Source: the human T2T-CHM13v2.0 reference genome, Homo sapiens
Reading direction: 5' to 3' (one strand)
Length of the DNA: 64,000 bases
Assembly (NCBI RefSeq): GCF_009914755.1
Contig: NC_060936.1
Part shown: one piece after another, positions 16,871-44,082 of the stretch
How the letters are laid out: every line of letters starts with the position of its first letter
Numbering within the stretch: the stretch's first letter is position 1
Translations under genes and position numbers: made by a program
Notes under the pieces: generated by a model
The model's input: only the letters and a program-made list of their open reading frames with translations
What the model was told of the DNA's origin: nothing
The model's database searches: none

Positions 16871-17759
16871 AGAAACATAAGGGACTGACAAGATATGGGA
16901 GGATAAGGACCTTATTACCTGTGAGGTTTCAGCTAACGACCTTGTTAAACATTTCAGGAGAAAATGGAAAGCTTTAGATAGAAGTTCCCTCATGTTTGCA
17001 CCCTAAATCTATAAACCTACCCACACATACATCCCATTTTCTTTTTCATTCCTCTTACCACAGAGGAAGTGTCCCCCCACCTTGCAGACATCCAATCTCT
17101 ATTTGCTCTGGATCTCATCAACTTGTGTGTTCTCAAGACCTTGCCTCTCTTTTCCTTTCAGTAGGATTATTCCCATTGGCACGCAAACATGTTCCCGTAC
17201 CTTGGGAACACCTTCCCTTCACTCCATATCCATTCCAGTGAGTCCCTCTACCCCACATTTTCTGTCCCTTTCAAGGTCATCTCCTGCTTTCCCACTCACC
17301 CTTCAGCTCACTCCAGTATCACTTATGTTTTCACCACTTTAGTGGCCTTACCAAGGCCCCCACATTGTCAAACTCAACGGCATTTTCCTCATCTCTTACT
17401 CAAGTATTCATAGCAGTTGCCCAGTTCCTCTTTGTGGAAATGTTTTCTTGGTTTTCCCTCCTGTCGCCCTGGTGGCTCCTTTTCCATCTCCTTTGCCAGC
17501 TCATTCCCTTCTATCTAATCTTTCTGTGTGTCCTTTCCTTCTACTCTACATGCCCTCCTTCCTGACCAGGCTTCCTCCAGCATGCTATTCCACTGCCCCT
17601 AAGAAGTGGCCCTGCTACATTCAGATGGGCTGTGGGGCCCAGGCATTTAGAATTCATTCCAACTGCAGAAAGGAAAGGGAAAGACATGCCCCACCTTTAA
17701 GGAGACATCATGGAAGCTGCACCTACCACTTCTGTTTTCATTATCCAGAACTTACACAA

Positions 17760-19204
17760 ATCTATTATATTATAAAAAGTTAAAATGTATCAAAACTTAT
17801 ACAAACACAGACTGTACATGGTACCGTTTGCAATTGAGAGAGGTAAACAAACATAAAAATGCAGCAATAAATCATAACCGAATAAAATCAACTGTAGTAT
17901 ATACTGTACTAAAATAATTTTGTACCCATCTCCTGTTACTATTGCAGCGAGCTCACATGTTGCGAGTATCTGTAGTGACACTAATTATCTCCACGTGAGC
18001 AGTTTGTCTCTCTAGTAAACTGCATGTTGCGGTAAAAAGTGATCTCTCATGTTTCTTACGTATTTTTCATATTTAGTGCAATACCGTAAACTGCGAAGAA
18101 CATCATGGGACTCTTAGAAAGTGCCACTAGTGCCGATGGAAGTGCTCCCAAGAAGCAGAGGAAAGTCATGTCATTACAAGAAAAAGTTGAATGGTTTGAC
18201 ACGTACCATAGATTGAGGTCTGCAGTGGTGGTTGCTGGCCATTTCAAGACAAAATAATTTAGCTAAGAATCATTGTTTTTAAAAAAAAAAGGCAATGAAA
18301 AATTATGAAGCTGTCACTCCCAGCTAGAAAACTGCATTTTTTGCTAAATGCCTCTTTATCTTGTATTGAAAATGCGCTTTAACGTGGGTCCAGAATTGCT
18401 ATAAGAAACACATACCTACAGACTAACATAATGCAAGAAAAAGCAAAGTTGTTAGATAACAACTTAAAGCAAAAGGACAATAAGGGTCTAAAGCAGGAGA
18501 ATGTAATGCCAGCAAAGACTGGTTTGATCATTTTAAAAAGAGATTTGGCTTAAAAATGTCAAGATAACAGGAGATGCACCTGCAGACCAAAAGGCAGAAG
18601 ATCAGTTCCCAAAGAAAATCATCGATGAGAAAGGATATCTGCCTGAACATGTTTTTAATACAGATGAAATTTAATCATGGGAAAAATGTGACAAAGAACA
18701 TTTATTAGTAAGGAAGAGAAGCAAGCATCAGGATTTAAAGCAGGAAGGGAAGGGACAGGCTGACTCTACTGTTTTGTGCAAATGCTGTTGGGCTTTCCTT
18801 ACCTGTAATGCTGCTAACCCCCAAGGCTTGATGGAAAAAAATTAACACCAACAGTCAGTGTTTTGGTTGTACAACAAGAAAACCTGAACAAGAGTTCTTT
18901 TACTGGACTGGTTCCTTGGATGCATTGTCTCTGAAGTCAGGAAGTACCTTGCCAGTAGGGTACCGCCTATTAAAGTTCTTTTGATTGGACAATGCCCATG
19001 GCCACCCAGAACCCCATGAGTTCAACACTGAAGGCACTGAAGTGGTCTACCTGCCGCAAAACACAGCATCTCTAATCAGCCTCTAGATTTGGGGTGGGGG
19101 TGGGAGGGAAGAGGAGGGGCATAAAGATCTTTAATGCTCATTACACATGGTACTCTATGGAAAGAATTGCCAACGTTGTAGAAGAGAACCCCAATAGAGA
19201 GAAC
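17760..19204 (+). mobile_element. TcMar-Tigger DNA transposon fragment (probably Tigger2) with decayed transposase
   Basis: Broken-frame motifs APKKQRKVMSLQEKVE (CENP-B-type HTH), VFNTDE, RLTLLFCANAVG, DNAHGHP, VVYLPQNTASLI..LD (pogo DDE); stops and frameshifts. Confidence 0.8.
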
Positions 19205-22620
<3,416 letters not shown>

Positions 22621-23187
22621 GCATTTCTAATCACATTCGATTAAAGACACCCATTTTCCTGATGCAAAGTGGCTTAATGCAATAAAGCACAACTTTAAAA
22701 AATTAGGAGTTCAATGGTTATTAACACAGGAATGATTTCTTCTCTTCACATAAATTAAAGGAAATGATTCAAACCGAAGATGGATGACCACTATTTAGTC
22801 AAACACTAATTAAACTCAGACATTTTTCTAGACCATGGCTACCCTCTTTGGATTCTCTACCGCAATAGACACACAACATAACAGATTTTTTAAGGAAGAC
22901 AAAATGGAAATCAGGGCTCTGTCCTCAAGGAGCTGACATTCCTGTTAAGGATTAAACATTTATTTGCATGAAATGATGTAGGACTACTGTGTAGCTTTTA
23001 AATGAGTACAGATTAAAATATAATAAACACTGTTAGACAAAAGGAATAATCATGACATATTTTTCCACGGAGAGAGAGCTGAGATTTTTATGGAAATAAA
23101 GGAGTAGAGAAAAAAGAAAGATTTGTTTGCCAGTTGGGGAGTAGGGAAGAAAATTGTATTAGAAGTCAGAATTAAGAATACTGTCTA

Positions 23188-23301
<114 letters not shown>

Positions 23302-23796
23302 TTAAAAAAAAAAAATTTTTAAAGTTAGCCAAGCCTGGTAGCACTCACTGGCAGGAGAATTGCTTGAGCCCAGGAGCCGGAGGTTGCGGTGAACCAAGAT
23401 CAGCATCACTGCACTACAGCCTGGGTGACAGAGTGAGACTGTCTCAAAAAAACAAAACAAAAAAAGTATTGCTTTGTGCTTTGACAATGCACTCTACTAT
23501 ATAAAAGTCATATCTAAAAGAAAACAAAAAGAACCCTTAGCAATCACACTTGGCTAAAAGGAAAAGAGAGAAAGAGAAAAAAAAAAAGAACCAACGAACT
23601 ACCAAAAATACTTTCAAAAAGTATTCAAACCGACTTTCTGAATATATCTATGTTGTTTGTTTTATTGCTCAGAGTTTTCAGAATCACCGAATTCTACAGG
23701 AAGAACTTTCAATCCAGTGCCCTACTCTGCAGCCAATGTTTGAGTTCTTGTTATAATGTCCTGGCAAATAGTTATTCTACCTATGAGGGTAGACCT

Positions 23797-23985
23797 GCAC
23801 TGTCCAATATGGTATGTGGCCACAAGTCATTATTTAAAACGTAAACTAAGTAATATAAGAAATTCACTACCTTAATCACCTAGCCACATTTCAAGCACTC
23901 AGTAGCCACATGCAGTTAGTGGTCACCATAATGGGCCAAATAGAAATACAGATTTTGGTCACGGCACTAAGTTTGTTTAGTGCTG
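23797..23985. mobile_element. MER3-like hAT MITE
   Basis: CTGTCCAATA..TAGCCACATTTCAAGCACTCAGTAGCCACATG. Confidence 0.65.
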
Positions 23986-25544
23986 CAGCTATTCAAACCT
24001 TAAAGACTGTCACAAAAATACACAAGGTGGCAAGTCAGAACAACTGGACCTAAGCTCCAGTTTTGTGATTTTAGACAAGTCAACTTAACCCTAAATTTCA
24101 ACTGTAAAATTTAAATAATACTATCTTATCCCCTAAGGGGTTGTTAGAAAATTCAAGTGAGCTGATAAAATATTCTGACAACTACAAAGTACTATAGGAT
24201 GTATAAGGTATTAAAATTATGATACAACACTGAACTTATTACAACCCACAAGGGGCTCACAGACTACTGGGGAGACAAATATGATGCAAATAATTAAAAT
24301 ATATCATGTGAAAAAAAAAATTACCAACATATGAACAAAAAATGGTTTAACTTGGTATATACTTTTAGTATAATTAGTAAACCAGAAGCCAAACTAGTCA
24401 AATTAAGATTTTCAAATTTTATTTTTGCAAAATTGTCATAAAAAAGTTTACTGAAATGAAGTTTTGCACAATATCTGTTTGTGAAACTTAATGTATTTAC
24501 CTCCACTAACAAGTGAATTTTATTTCACACTGTTACCTAAAAATATTTTTAAAATACACCAAGAAGAGGACTTTTAAAAAATGAATTTGAAATGCTAAAA
24601 AGTCATAAAAGGTGAAAAGAATGTTTTTGTTTTTGTTTTGAGACAGGGTCTTGCTTTGTCACCCAGGCTGGAGTGCAGTGGCGTCATCAAGGTTCACTGC
24701 AGCCTTGATGTACTGAGCCTAGGGCTCAGGCAATCCTCCCATCTCAGCCTCCTGCGTAGCTGCGACTACAGGTGCACATCACTACGTCTGGCTAATTTTT
24801 GGATTTTTTTGTCAAGATGGGGTTTCACCACATTGCCCAGGTTAGTCTCAAACTCCTGGGCTCATGCGATCTGCCTGCTTCTGCCTCCCAAAATGCTGGG
24901 ATTCAGGCCTGAGCCAGGTCAAGAATGTTATTTTTTTAAAAAATAGCTGCTAGGCCATTTAAAAAAATTGCTCCTTTCTTGAGGAGCAATTGGCAGTGTG
25001 TACCAAAGAAACAAACAAATAAATGTTCATGCCTTTTGATCTGGTTAATTCCACTACAAGAAACATATGCCGAGGAAATTATCATAGATCCACCCAAAGG
25101 CTTCTGTACGATAATCACCATTATTACCGATAAAAACGAAATATCTAATGTTTAGATCATTAAACATGATTTAAAAATTAAACAGGAAATTGAGTAATTA
25201 TGGTACATTCATATAAATATGATAAAGCTATTAAAAAATCACATTTTCAAACAATCGTTTAAAACATAGTAACTTAATTTTCTCAGTCAATAAATATTAT
25301 GTGGCATCATTCTAGATTCTGAGGACATAGCAATGACCAAAACAAAGTTTCTTCCTTTGTGGAGCATTACAAAGTAGTCAACGGATAAAGTGTTTGATAA
25401 AACATTATATAAAAAAAGCAACAATCAAAACTATTAGTCTGGAGCTAGACATCAGCAAAATGGTGGAACAGGCTGCTACAATTTTTCTTTCCCCATGTAA
25501 ACACAGACAAACAAGCCAAAACTGCCAAAATAACAACAAGAAAC

Positions 25545-25830
25545 AAAAACACAAATATTGTATGATTCCATTATATAAAATATCTAGAACAGGCAAATCC
25601 ATAGAAACAGAAAGTAGATTAGAGGCAACCAGGAGCTAAAGGAAGAGATGACTGAGGAATTTAATGGTTACAAAGTTCCTGTTTGGGGCGATGAAAAAGT
25701 TTGGGAAATAGTCAGTGGTGATGATTGCACAACTTTGTATATGTAACTAATGCCACTGAGTTATATAATTAAAAATAGCTAAAATGGCAAATTTTATGTT
25801 ATATATGTTTAACCACAATAATTTAAAAGA
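25545..25830 (+). mobile_element. L1MB-type 3' end
   Basis: TATGATTCCA..AGGCAAATCCATAGAAACAGAAAGTAGATT..GGTGATGATTGCACAAC..AATTTTATGTT 3'UTR signature. Confidence 0.75.
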
Positions 25831-25859
25831 AAAGTAAATCACTACAATACCTTCCCCCC

Positions 25860-29620
<3,761 letters not shown>

Positions 29621-29630
29621 ACTCCAATTT

Positions 29631-29652
29631 CATATATATATATATATATACA

Positions 29653-29700
<48 letters not shown>

Positions 29701-29708
29701 TATATATA
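29631..29708. repeat. (TA)n(CA)n(TA)n microsatellite
   Basis: 78 bp of uninterrupted purine/pyrimidine alternation at the L1 3' end. Confidence 0.95.
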
Positions 29709-30411
29709 AACTAAATCCACATTCTTTCTTTTAAGGTCAAATTTAGCAACTGCTCACCATGGGTGACCTTTCCATATTTAGACAGTAGAAAAAAATATTT
29801 CTGTGCTCAGCTTACTTCCAGGTGCCAGGCTTCCAGGGGCCGAAAATACAGTGGTGAATAAGACAGAAAGGCCCCTGCTCCCACAGAGCCTACATTTTAA
29901 AGGAGAGAGGTAAGAAATCATATATATCAACATACAATTTCAGACTGACACTAAAAGTATTATTTAAAAAAAAAAAAGGAAAAATAGGGGAATGTGATAA
30001 AGAAGGACTTGGGGAAAGAGGCTGCTTTGGGACAGGTGGTGGGGAAGGCCCAAGTGAAGTGTTACAGCTGAGACCTATGTTGACAAGAAAGCCTGTCACC
30101 AGATGATCTGGGGGGAGTGCTCTCCTGCTCATGGAACAGCCAGTACAAAGCTCCTAAGGCAAGAAAAGTTGAATGCCTTCAAAGAACAAAAAGACGGTGA
30201 CTGCAGCAGTTCTGAGCCTACACCTCAGAAGGGTTTGCGAGTATCTAGAGGATCTCTCAGCCTCTACCTTTGCCTTGAGAAGAACACAACCAGGTTCGCT
30301 GGCTGGTCCCTGGAGGATGAGAGACCCGTGGAGCAGAGCCAACCAAGTCCAACCCCAATCAGTTAACCAATGACCTGCACATCCAGAGAGCAAGTAATTG
30401 CCACTGTAAAT

Positions 30412-32540
<2,129 letters not shown>

Positions 32541-32887
32541 TTTTAAGCCAGCAAATTTGGGGATAGTTTGTTACAAGACATTTTTGTAGAAATAGTTACA
32601 TGATACACACTGGTAACCTGATACAGGCTCTTCAGAGAAGTGGGTAGGGTGCTACATTTAGGGACATATATAAAACATTGAAAGGAGTCCAGATTTTCTA
32701 TTATGTGCAATGAACATGATATAATCTGATTCACATTTTTAAAAATGTACTCTGGTTGCAGTCTGGAGAATGGATTATAATGGAGCAAGAGTGTTAAGAG
32801 ATGACAGTGGCTTATATTTGTATTTGCGTGATAGAGATACAATATATTTCTTTTTTCTAACGTATGTTTCTTGTTAAATACTAGGAA

Positions 32888-34280
<1,393 letters not shown>

Positions 34281-34959
34281 GCAGCATCATAGCTTACTTA
34301 TTTTTATTTTTTATTGAGACAGGGTCTCATTTCATTGACCAGGCTGGAATGCAGTGGCATGATCTCAGGCTCACTGCAACTTTTGCCTCCCAGGCTCAAG
34401 CAGTCCTCCCACCTCAGCCTCCCAAGTAGTTGTGACTACAGGGGCATGCCACTATGCTGGCTAATTTTGGATTTTGTAGAGATGGGGTTTCACCATGTTG
34501 CCTAGGCTGGTCTCCCACCTTGGCCTCCCAAAGTGCTGGGATTACAGGCATGAGCCACCATGCCCGGCCCATAACAGCTCACTGTTAAATGCTAGACTGT
34601 AAGTGATTTTGAAGAATTCTGATGTACCTTCTATATTATAAAGAAATAAAGAGACTTGTCCAAAGCCAAACAATAAGGCAGCAATAAACAATGTTAGCTG
34701 GGCATGGTGGTGTACACCCATAGTCCCAGCTACTCAGGGGGCTGATGTCAGAGCATTGCTTATGCCCAGGAATTTGAGGCTGCAGTCTGCTATGATCATG
34801 TCTGTGAATAGCCATTGCACTCCAGCCTGGACAACATAGCAAGACCCTGTTCCAAAAAAAAAAAAAAGCCTCTCTCTAAAAACAAAGACACTTTACTTTC
34901 AGGTCTTTGTACAATTATAAAAATCAATATTCAGTGCTCACTGATTCTGCTCCCAAATA

Positions 34960-36890
34960 GGCAAAGCAATCCTGAAAGACTGCAAAAAGAACTAAGCTTG
35001 AGGCATCACACTACCTGACTTCAAAATATACCACAGAGCTATAGAAACTAAAACGGCATGGTGCTGGTATAAAACAGTCACAAAGATCAATGGAAGAGAA
35101 TAGAGAATTCAGAAATAAATCCACAGATTTACAGCCAACTAATTTCTGACAAAAGTGCCAAGAACATACGATGGGGAAAGGACAGTCTCTTTAATACATG
35201 GTGCTGGGAAAAAGGATTTCCATATGCAGAAGAATGAAACTGGACCCCTACCTCTCACCACATACAAAACTCAATCAAAATGGATTAAAGACTTAAATCT
35301 AAGACCTGAAACTTGAAACTACTAGAAGAAAATAACTGGGGAAATTCAGGAAAATCATCTGGGCAGAGACTTACGGAGTAAGACCTAAAGAGAATACACA
35401 GCCAAAGATAAATGGACAAATGGGATTACATCAATCTAAAAAGCTTCTGCACAGCAAAGGAAACAATCAACAAAATGAAGAGACTACCTACAGAATGAGA
35501 AAAATTATTTGTAAACTATTCATTTGACAAGGGTTTAATAATCAGAATATATAAGGAACTCAAACAACTCAATGGCATAAAAAAACCCAAATAATCTGAT
35601 TTTAATATTGGCAAAATATCAGAATAGACATTTCTCAAAAGAAGACACATGTAAGTGGCCATAGGTATATTTAAAAATGCTCAACATTACAAGTTATCAG
35701 GGAAATGTAATTAAAACCACAGTGAGACATCTCACCTTAGTCAAAGTGGCTATTATCAAAAAGACAGAAAATAAGAAATGCTAGCAAGGACTTGGCAAAA
35801 AGGCAATGCTTGTACTCTGTTAGTGGGAATGTAAATTAGTATAGCCACTATGGAAAACACTTTGAAGATTCCTCAAAAAACTAAAAATAGAACGACTATA
35901 TGATCTAGCAATCCCACTACTGGGTATAAACCCAAAAGAAAGGAAATCCGTATAATGAAGAGCTATCTACACTCCCATGTTTATTTCAGCACTATTCACA
36001 ATGGCCAAGATTTGGAGGCAAGCTAAGTGTCCATCAATGGATGAATGGATAAAGAAAATGGTTTATACACACAATGGGATATTATTCAGCCATAAATAAG
36101 AATAAAATCCTGTAATTTGCAGCGCATGGATGGAACCAGAGGACATGATGTGAAGTAAAATAAGCCAGGCACAGAAAAACAAATTGCATTCACATTTCTC
36201 ACTCATATGTGGGAGCTAAAAAACTGATCTCATGGAGGTAGAGAATAGAATGGTGGTTGCCAGAGGATGGAAAGGGTAGTGGGGGCAGTGGGGATGAAGA
36301 GTGATTGGCTAATAGGTACAAAAATAGTTAGATAGTCCTGGTGTTCGACAGCACAAGAGGGCAACTGTAATTAACAATAATTTATTGTATATTTCAAAAT
36401 AGCTAAAAGTGAAGATCTAGAATGTTCCCAACACAAAGAAATGATACATGGTTGAGATGATGGATATCCCCATTACCCAGATTTTATCATTCCACTTTTT
36501 TTTTTTTTTTTTTTTTTTTGAGACAGGGTCTCACTCTGTCACCCAGGGTGGAGCAGTGGCACAATCATGGCTCAATGTAGCCTCAATCTCCTGGGCTCCA
36601 GTGATCCTCCTACCTCAGCCTCCAGAGTAGCTGGGACTACAGGCACGTGCTACCACACCTAGCTAAGTTTTGTATTTTTTTGTAGAGATGGGGTTTTGTC
36701 ATGTTGCCCAGGCTGGTCTTGAACACCTGAGTTCAAGCAACCCACCCACCTAAGCCTCTCAAAGTGCTGGGATTCAGGTGTGAGCCATTGCACCCAGCCT
36801 GATCATTACAGATTGTATGCATGTATAAAAATATCACATGTACTCCATAAATGTGCATAACTATTATATAGCCATAATAATTAAAAATTA
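34960..36890 (+). mobile_element. L1MA-type 3' ORF2 and 3'UTR with inserted Alu (36496-36799, minus)
   Basis: Continuous ORF2 C-terminal homology (GGCATCACACTACCTGACTTCAAA, AAAAGCTTCTGCACAGCAAAGGAAAC) and L1MA 3'UTR. Confidence 0.88.
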
Positions 36891-37486
36891 AAGTAATTAA
36901 TTTTTTAAATAGCTAGCCAAGGTGACACATGCCTACAATCCCAGCTATGGGGAGGCTGAGGTGGGAGGATCACTTGAGCCCAGGAGTTCAAGACCAGTCT
37001 GGGGAACATAGCGAGATCCTGTCTCAAAAAATAAAAATATCAAAAAAGCTTGTGGATTCTGAAGCATTATACTTGATGTGGGATTTTCACCCCGTCTCCT
37101 GTTGCCCGTTTTCCCCCACCTGCAATTCATCTTCCACATTACCTCCAGAGCAACTGTTCTAAGCACAGATTTTATTTCATCACTCTCTTCCTTAAAATCC
37201 TTTGATGGTCCCCATTTTCTTCAGGATGAATTCACATTCCTTAGTACCACCCAGCAGGCAAGTCCTAAACTGGCCCCTGCCTGCCTCTTCGGCTTCATTC
37301 CCCTGTCACTCCAAAGATGCTGCAGCCCTTTAGAACTACTTTTGTTCTTAGAAGTTAATAATGTCTCATATCCATACCTTTACACCAATGGCATCTTTTC
37401 CTTAAGAAACAAAACAAACAAAAACACTCCCCTTCCTTTACTCAGCCATCTCCTTCCAGACCAAGCTCAGGTATCACACCATCTGA

Positions 37487-37756
<270 letters not shown>

Positions 37757-37941
37757 TGACACCACACCCGACTAATTTTTGTATTTTTAGTAGAGATGAG
37801 GTTTCACCATGTTGCCAGGCTGGTCTCAAACTCCTGACTTCAGGTGATCCACCCACCTCAGACTCCCAAAGTGTTGGGATTATAGGCCTGAGCCACCGTG
37901 CCCAGCCCTTTGTGTCTTTAGTCAACAGTAGACAACCTGGC

Positions 37942-38615
<674 letters not shown>

Positions 38616-39702
38616 CTGGCCCAAAGTGAACACCTCCATAAGCCTGTCACATGAACAACTTCTGAAAATTTGCTTTAGAAGCTTTATCTAATTGGGAATT
38701 AATGAGAGACAGAAATGAAGTGAGAAAATGAAGGGGGGGAAAAAGGTTTATCAAAGGAAAAAGAAAAACTAGAATCCTAAAAAAATGAAGCAATTTTGAG
38801 AAGTAATCTTAAAGTGGGCAATATGGTTTTTAGTCTGATCATAGAATGAGTTTCACTCCCTGAATGAGTGTGACCTGACCTGGTCTTTCTGAAAGATCAC
38901 TTTTTCCTGTGTAATTTAGTATGCATACGAATCACACATAGGCTGACTAATCAACTGCTGAAGATTCTGCATCTGTATCGCAAGATGAGAACAATCTAAA
39001 GAACAGCAGAAATTTTAAAAAGATATATCATGAATATATATAATCTATTATAGTTACACCTGTTATATTTTAGAAGGAACTATAGGAAGCCTACATATAT
39101 TAGTATACAGTACAAGCTATATTAAATAAAGGACTTGCTCCCTCTGATTTCATAGCAATCATAACACAGCACACCAAGGTCAAGAAATCACTGTGAGTTC
39201 TCCTGTTCTGTATTTAAGGAAAGATTAAGAGGCATAAGCTCACAGGGTGGTCTCCTGTCCTTTCTTCATGAGCACTCTGGCCACATGGAAAACAATCCTG
39301 AGATGGGACAGTTGGCACTTAATTAGCTGAACGCCTAGGACCAGCCTCTACGCAAGATGTCTTACATACATTAGGCACCTCACTTAAACTACTCTTCCTA
39401 AGTTCAGTCACAATCAGCAACAAAAATAAATTTTGATGCTTATAAGTATTCATTCAACAAATATTCACTTAAGAACTACAAGCAGGGTCTGCGAGAGCAA
39501 ATGAACTTGTCTATCTCGCTTACTTTTGTATCCCAAGATGTTGGTGGAGTGCCTAGCACATAATGGAACATAAGGACTGGAGGATTTTGCCTCTTAAGCC
39601 TCTTGAATCTGTCCATTTCTCTTCCTATGTCCTTCCACTGACCTAGTCCCAGGCCAGTCCTGTAGACTAACTGCCCTGCAGCCATTCTTGCCCCTTCTAA
39701 TT

Positions 39703-39911
39703 CCGGATTTCTCAACTTCAGCACTATCGACATTTTGGGCTGGATGATTCTTTGTTGTAGGGGCTGTCCTGTGCACTATAGGATGTTTGGCAGGATCCCT
39801 GGCTTCTACCCACTAAATGCCAGTAGCATCAACCCCATGCCATGCCCCAGCTGTATCAACCAAAAATGTTTCTAGACATTTGGCAAAATCACACCTAGCT
39901 AAGAACCACTG
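39703..39911 (+). mobile_element. MER20 (hAT-Charlie)
   Basis: TTCTCAAC..GCACTATCGACATTTTGGGCTGGAT..GGGGCTGTCCTGTGCACTATAGGATGTTT..AGAACCACTG. Confidence 0.85.
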
Positions 39912-41361
39912 TCCTAGAGCTGACTTGACCTCCTCTGTCCTCAGCCTCAGCAATTCTTACCCTCTACGGTTGAACTCAAACAGCATCAAGCAAGAAAGCA
40001 TCTCCCAGCTGGGCACAGTGGCTCACACCTGTAATCCCAGCACTTTGGGAGGCCGAGGTGGGTGGATCACCTGAGGTCAGGAGTTCAAGACCAGCCTGGC
40101 CAACCAGTGAAACCCCATCTCTATTAAAAATTTAAAAAGTTGCTGGGCGTGGCAGTGCAAGCCTGTAATCCCAGCTACTCAGGAGGCCGAGGCAGGAGAA
40201 TCACTTGAACCCAGGAGGTGGAGGTTGCAGTGAGCCAAGATAGTGGCCACTGCACTCCAGACTGGGAGGCAGAGTGAGACTCCGTCTAAAAAAAAAAAAA
40301 AAAAAAAAAGCAAGCATCTCCTGATCCCCTGCCACCAGACCAAACTGATTCTCACTGCTGGTCTCTTCCACAACGATGCTCTATTTCTTTACAGCATTTC
40401 TCACAATAGTAATGAAGTGGCAGTTAATGTCTGACTGCACCACCAGAATATAAGCTCCTTGTCAGCAGGAGCCAAGTCTGCTTTGTTCACTGCTGGATCC
40501 CCAGGGGCCTGGTACAGTGCTCAAAAATTAAGTAGTCACTGAATGAATGAGGCAGGCACTCTGCCAGGGCACAGGGATTTGAAGATAAGGAAGATTCCAT
40601 CTTTGTGACCAGGATGCTGAGCACAGAAATAGCAAATAAGTTTCATCTCCCAGGCAAGCTCAATTAACTGGTAACCAAATTGAGAAGCTGTGCATGTAAA
40701 AATAAGTTTCTTCTGAGGCAGCAAAATACAAGATACCACATTCCAAAGTGAAGTGTTGGGCCAAGATGCAAAGTTTCTTAAGGAACAGTTGCAGACTCAT
40801 CCAAATCATGGTAGAAAGGTCCAGGAGGTGGCGATCAGAGGAGGTTTTCAGAGGTAGCTGGCATTCTGTGACGCCTGCTCCACCTCATTCAAGGGGGAGC
40901 AGTGGAAGTCTGTTTCCCACTTCCTTACGCCCAAGAAAAGGGCTCAACAAAATTACCAAGAGAACTCACTATGGGTCCATGAAGTTGGGTGGGTACCATG
41001 TCTGTGTAACACCTGAAAAATATAAAGTGCTGGCTGGCTAATTGCTCTGAGGACAAGAGAGAAGTTGTCACTCCGCTGGAATCAGCCCACCCTCCCCTAG
41101 TCTGAGCAAAGGACGTGGGCCACATACAACAAAGAACCAGCAGAAGGTCACCCTGGGCCTACTCACTGGGCAAAAGAGGCTGAAATGAGAAGCTCCCATT
41201 ATTATCAGATTCTTAGGATCTATGGAAGGAATAAGCAACCAAACGGAATGAAGAGGCATTTGGTCTCATCAGGGGAAAAGCAGGTGACCACTCCTGAGCA
41301 CGGCGGTGGCTGTGGTCTCTGAAGGATGCCCCTTGAAAACACTCAAGAAAGAATAAGCTCT

Positions 41362-41668
41362 GGCCGGGCGCGGTGGCTCACGCCTGTAATCCCAGCACTT
41401 TGGGAGGCCGAGGCGGGCGGATCACGAGGTCAGGAGATCAAGACCATCCTGGCTAACACGGTGAAACCCCGTCTCTACTAAAAATACAAAAAATTAGCCG
41501 GGCGAGGTGGCGGGAGCCTGTAGTCCCAGCTACTCGGGAGGCTGAGGCAGGAGAATGGCGTGAACCCCGGGGGGCGGAGCCTGCAGTGAGCCGAGATCGC
41601 GCCACTGCACTCCAACCTGGGCGACAGCGAGACTCCGTCTCAAAAAAAAGAAAGAAAGAAAGAAAGAA
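41362..41668 (+). mobile_element. Young AluY
   Basis: Near-consensus, CpG-rich; ACCATCCTGGCTAACACG and GAATGGCGTGAACC diagnostics; perfect 17-bp TSD AAGAAAGAATAAGCTCT. Confidence 0.95.
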
Positions 41669-42556
41669 TAAGCTCTAACACCTGCACAACATCCCAGAGA
41701 GCTCCTGCACTCATTCAGGAAGAAGTTTCCTGTCCTCATTTCCTTCCTTTCTTTCATGTGCTCCAACACAGGAGGGATCAGAAACAGGTTACAGAGCAGA
41801 AAGAGAATCATCAAGTGATGAAAAGTGAGAAGATGCCCACTGTGGCCACCCTCCCTTCCTCCACTGCAGGCTTTCTCCCTGCAGCAGGCCTGTACTGGGA
41901 GAAGGAACTTAGGCTTTAAGTTCTGTTATGCTTTAGGACTGAAGACTCTAATTGCTGAATTCACATTCTGTTCTGTAGTGTGAAGTGACCACAGAAATAT
42001 CAGGCCCACCTGAATTTTCATCCAGGGGCAGGGGTGCAAGACAATACAAAGAGCCAGTGGAAGATAAAGAATAAAGGGATTGGCTACACATCCCACAAGG
42101 TGTGCTTATTCAACATGACAATTATAGCCAGCTGCCTACCCAGCATCACTTATCTATTCTTCTTCCATAAAGGAACCTACCCCTACATAACAAATATTTG
42201 GGAGACCAGTCCCGAGATTCAGAGGTAGGTCAGATTGGTCTAAAAGTAACCCCTTTCTCCTTTCAAGAGATTTGCTTAAGAATGGCTCTATAAGCATAAC
42301 TGGGACCAATGCCAGGAAAGGACTGCTGAGGTCCTGGGTCAAGTTCTTCCTCCATCTTCTGACAGTCCTCTCAAAAGTTGGAGGAACACCAAACTGTTAC
42401 AGAAATTATTCTGAAACTATATCTGGGCTTAGGAACGGAAAAGTGCCATGATGAACAAGGCCGAGTCTTAGGAAGGCAGGGTGCCAGGTATGCGGTGTAG
42501 GCAGCTGGTAGGAAGTGTGGATCTAGAGCTTGTTGGAGAGGCAGCAGGCATGGTTA

Positions 42557-42868
<312 letters not shown>

Positions 42869-43214
42869 TTAAGTTTTTCTCTCACAATGTGATAACATTC
42901 ATTAACAAAATGAACAATATTTAGATCTCAAGAGAAAGACCAAATGCAATTATCAAATCACCATATAAGTTAAAGGTATATATTTGATCATCACTGAAAG
43001 ATTTATAACGGCACACTTGAGCTGTGTTTAACAAAGCTCCATATTAATATATCCATGCAAGAAAACAAGTTTCCCAGATAGATTAATTAACCAGATATTA
43101 AAAATAGAAACAATCTACTTTACAACTTCTAGAGCAAGGTAAAGGGCTAACAGCTATCACAGACACAATGTCAACAGTAAAGCCAGGGAGAGGAAATGGG
43201 TTTTGACTGAAGCC

Positions 43215-44082
<868 letters not shown>

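Noticed and set aside
40500-42550. Relatively repeat-poor intron 1 segment as a possible enhancer or hidden exon
   Set aside because: No convincing splice-site-bounded ORF or motif cluster; it would need chromatin or conservation data.
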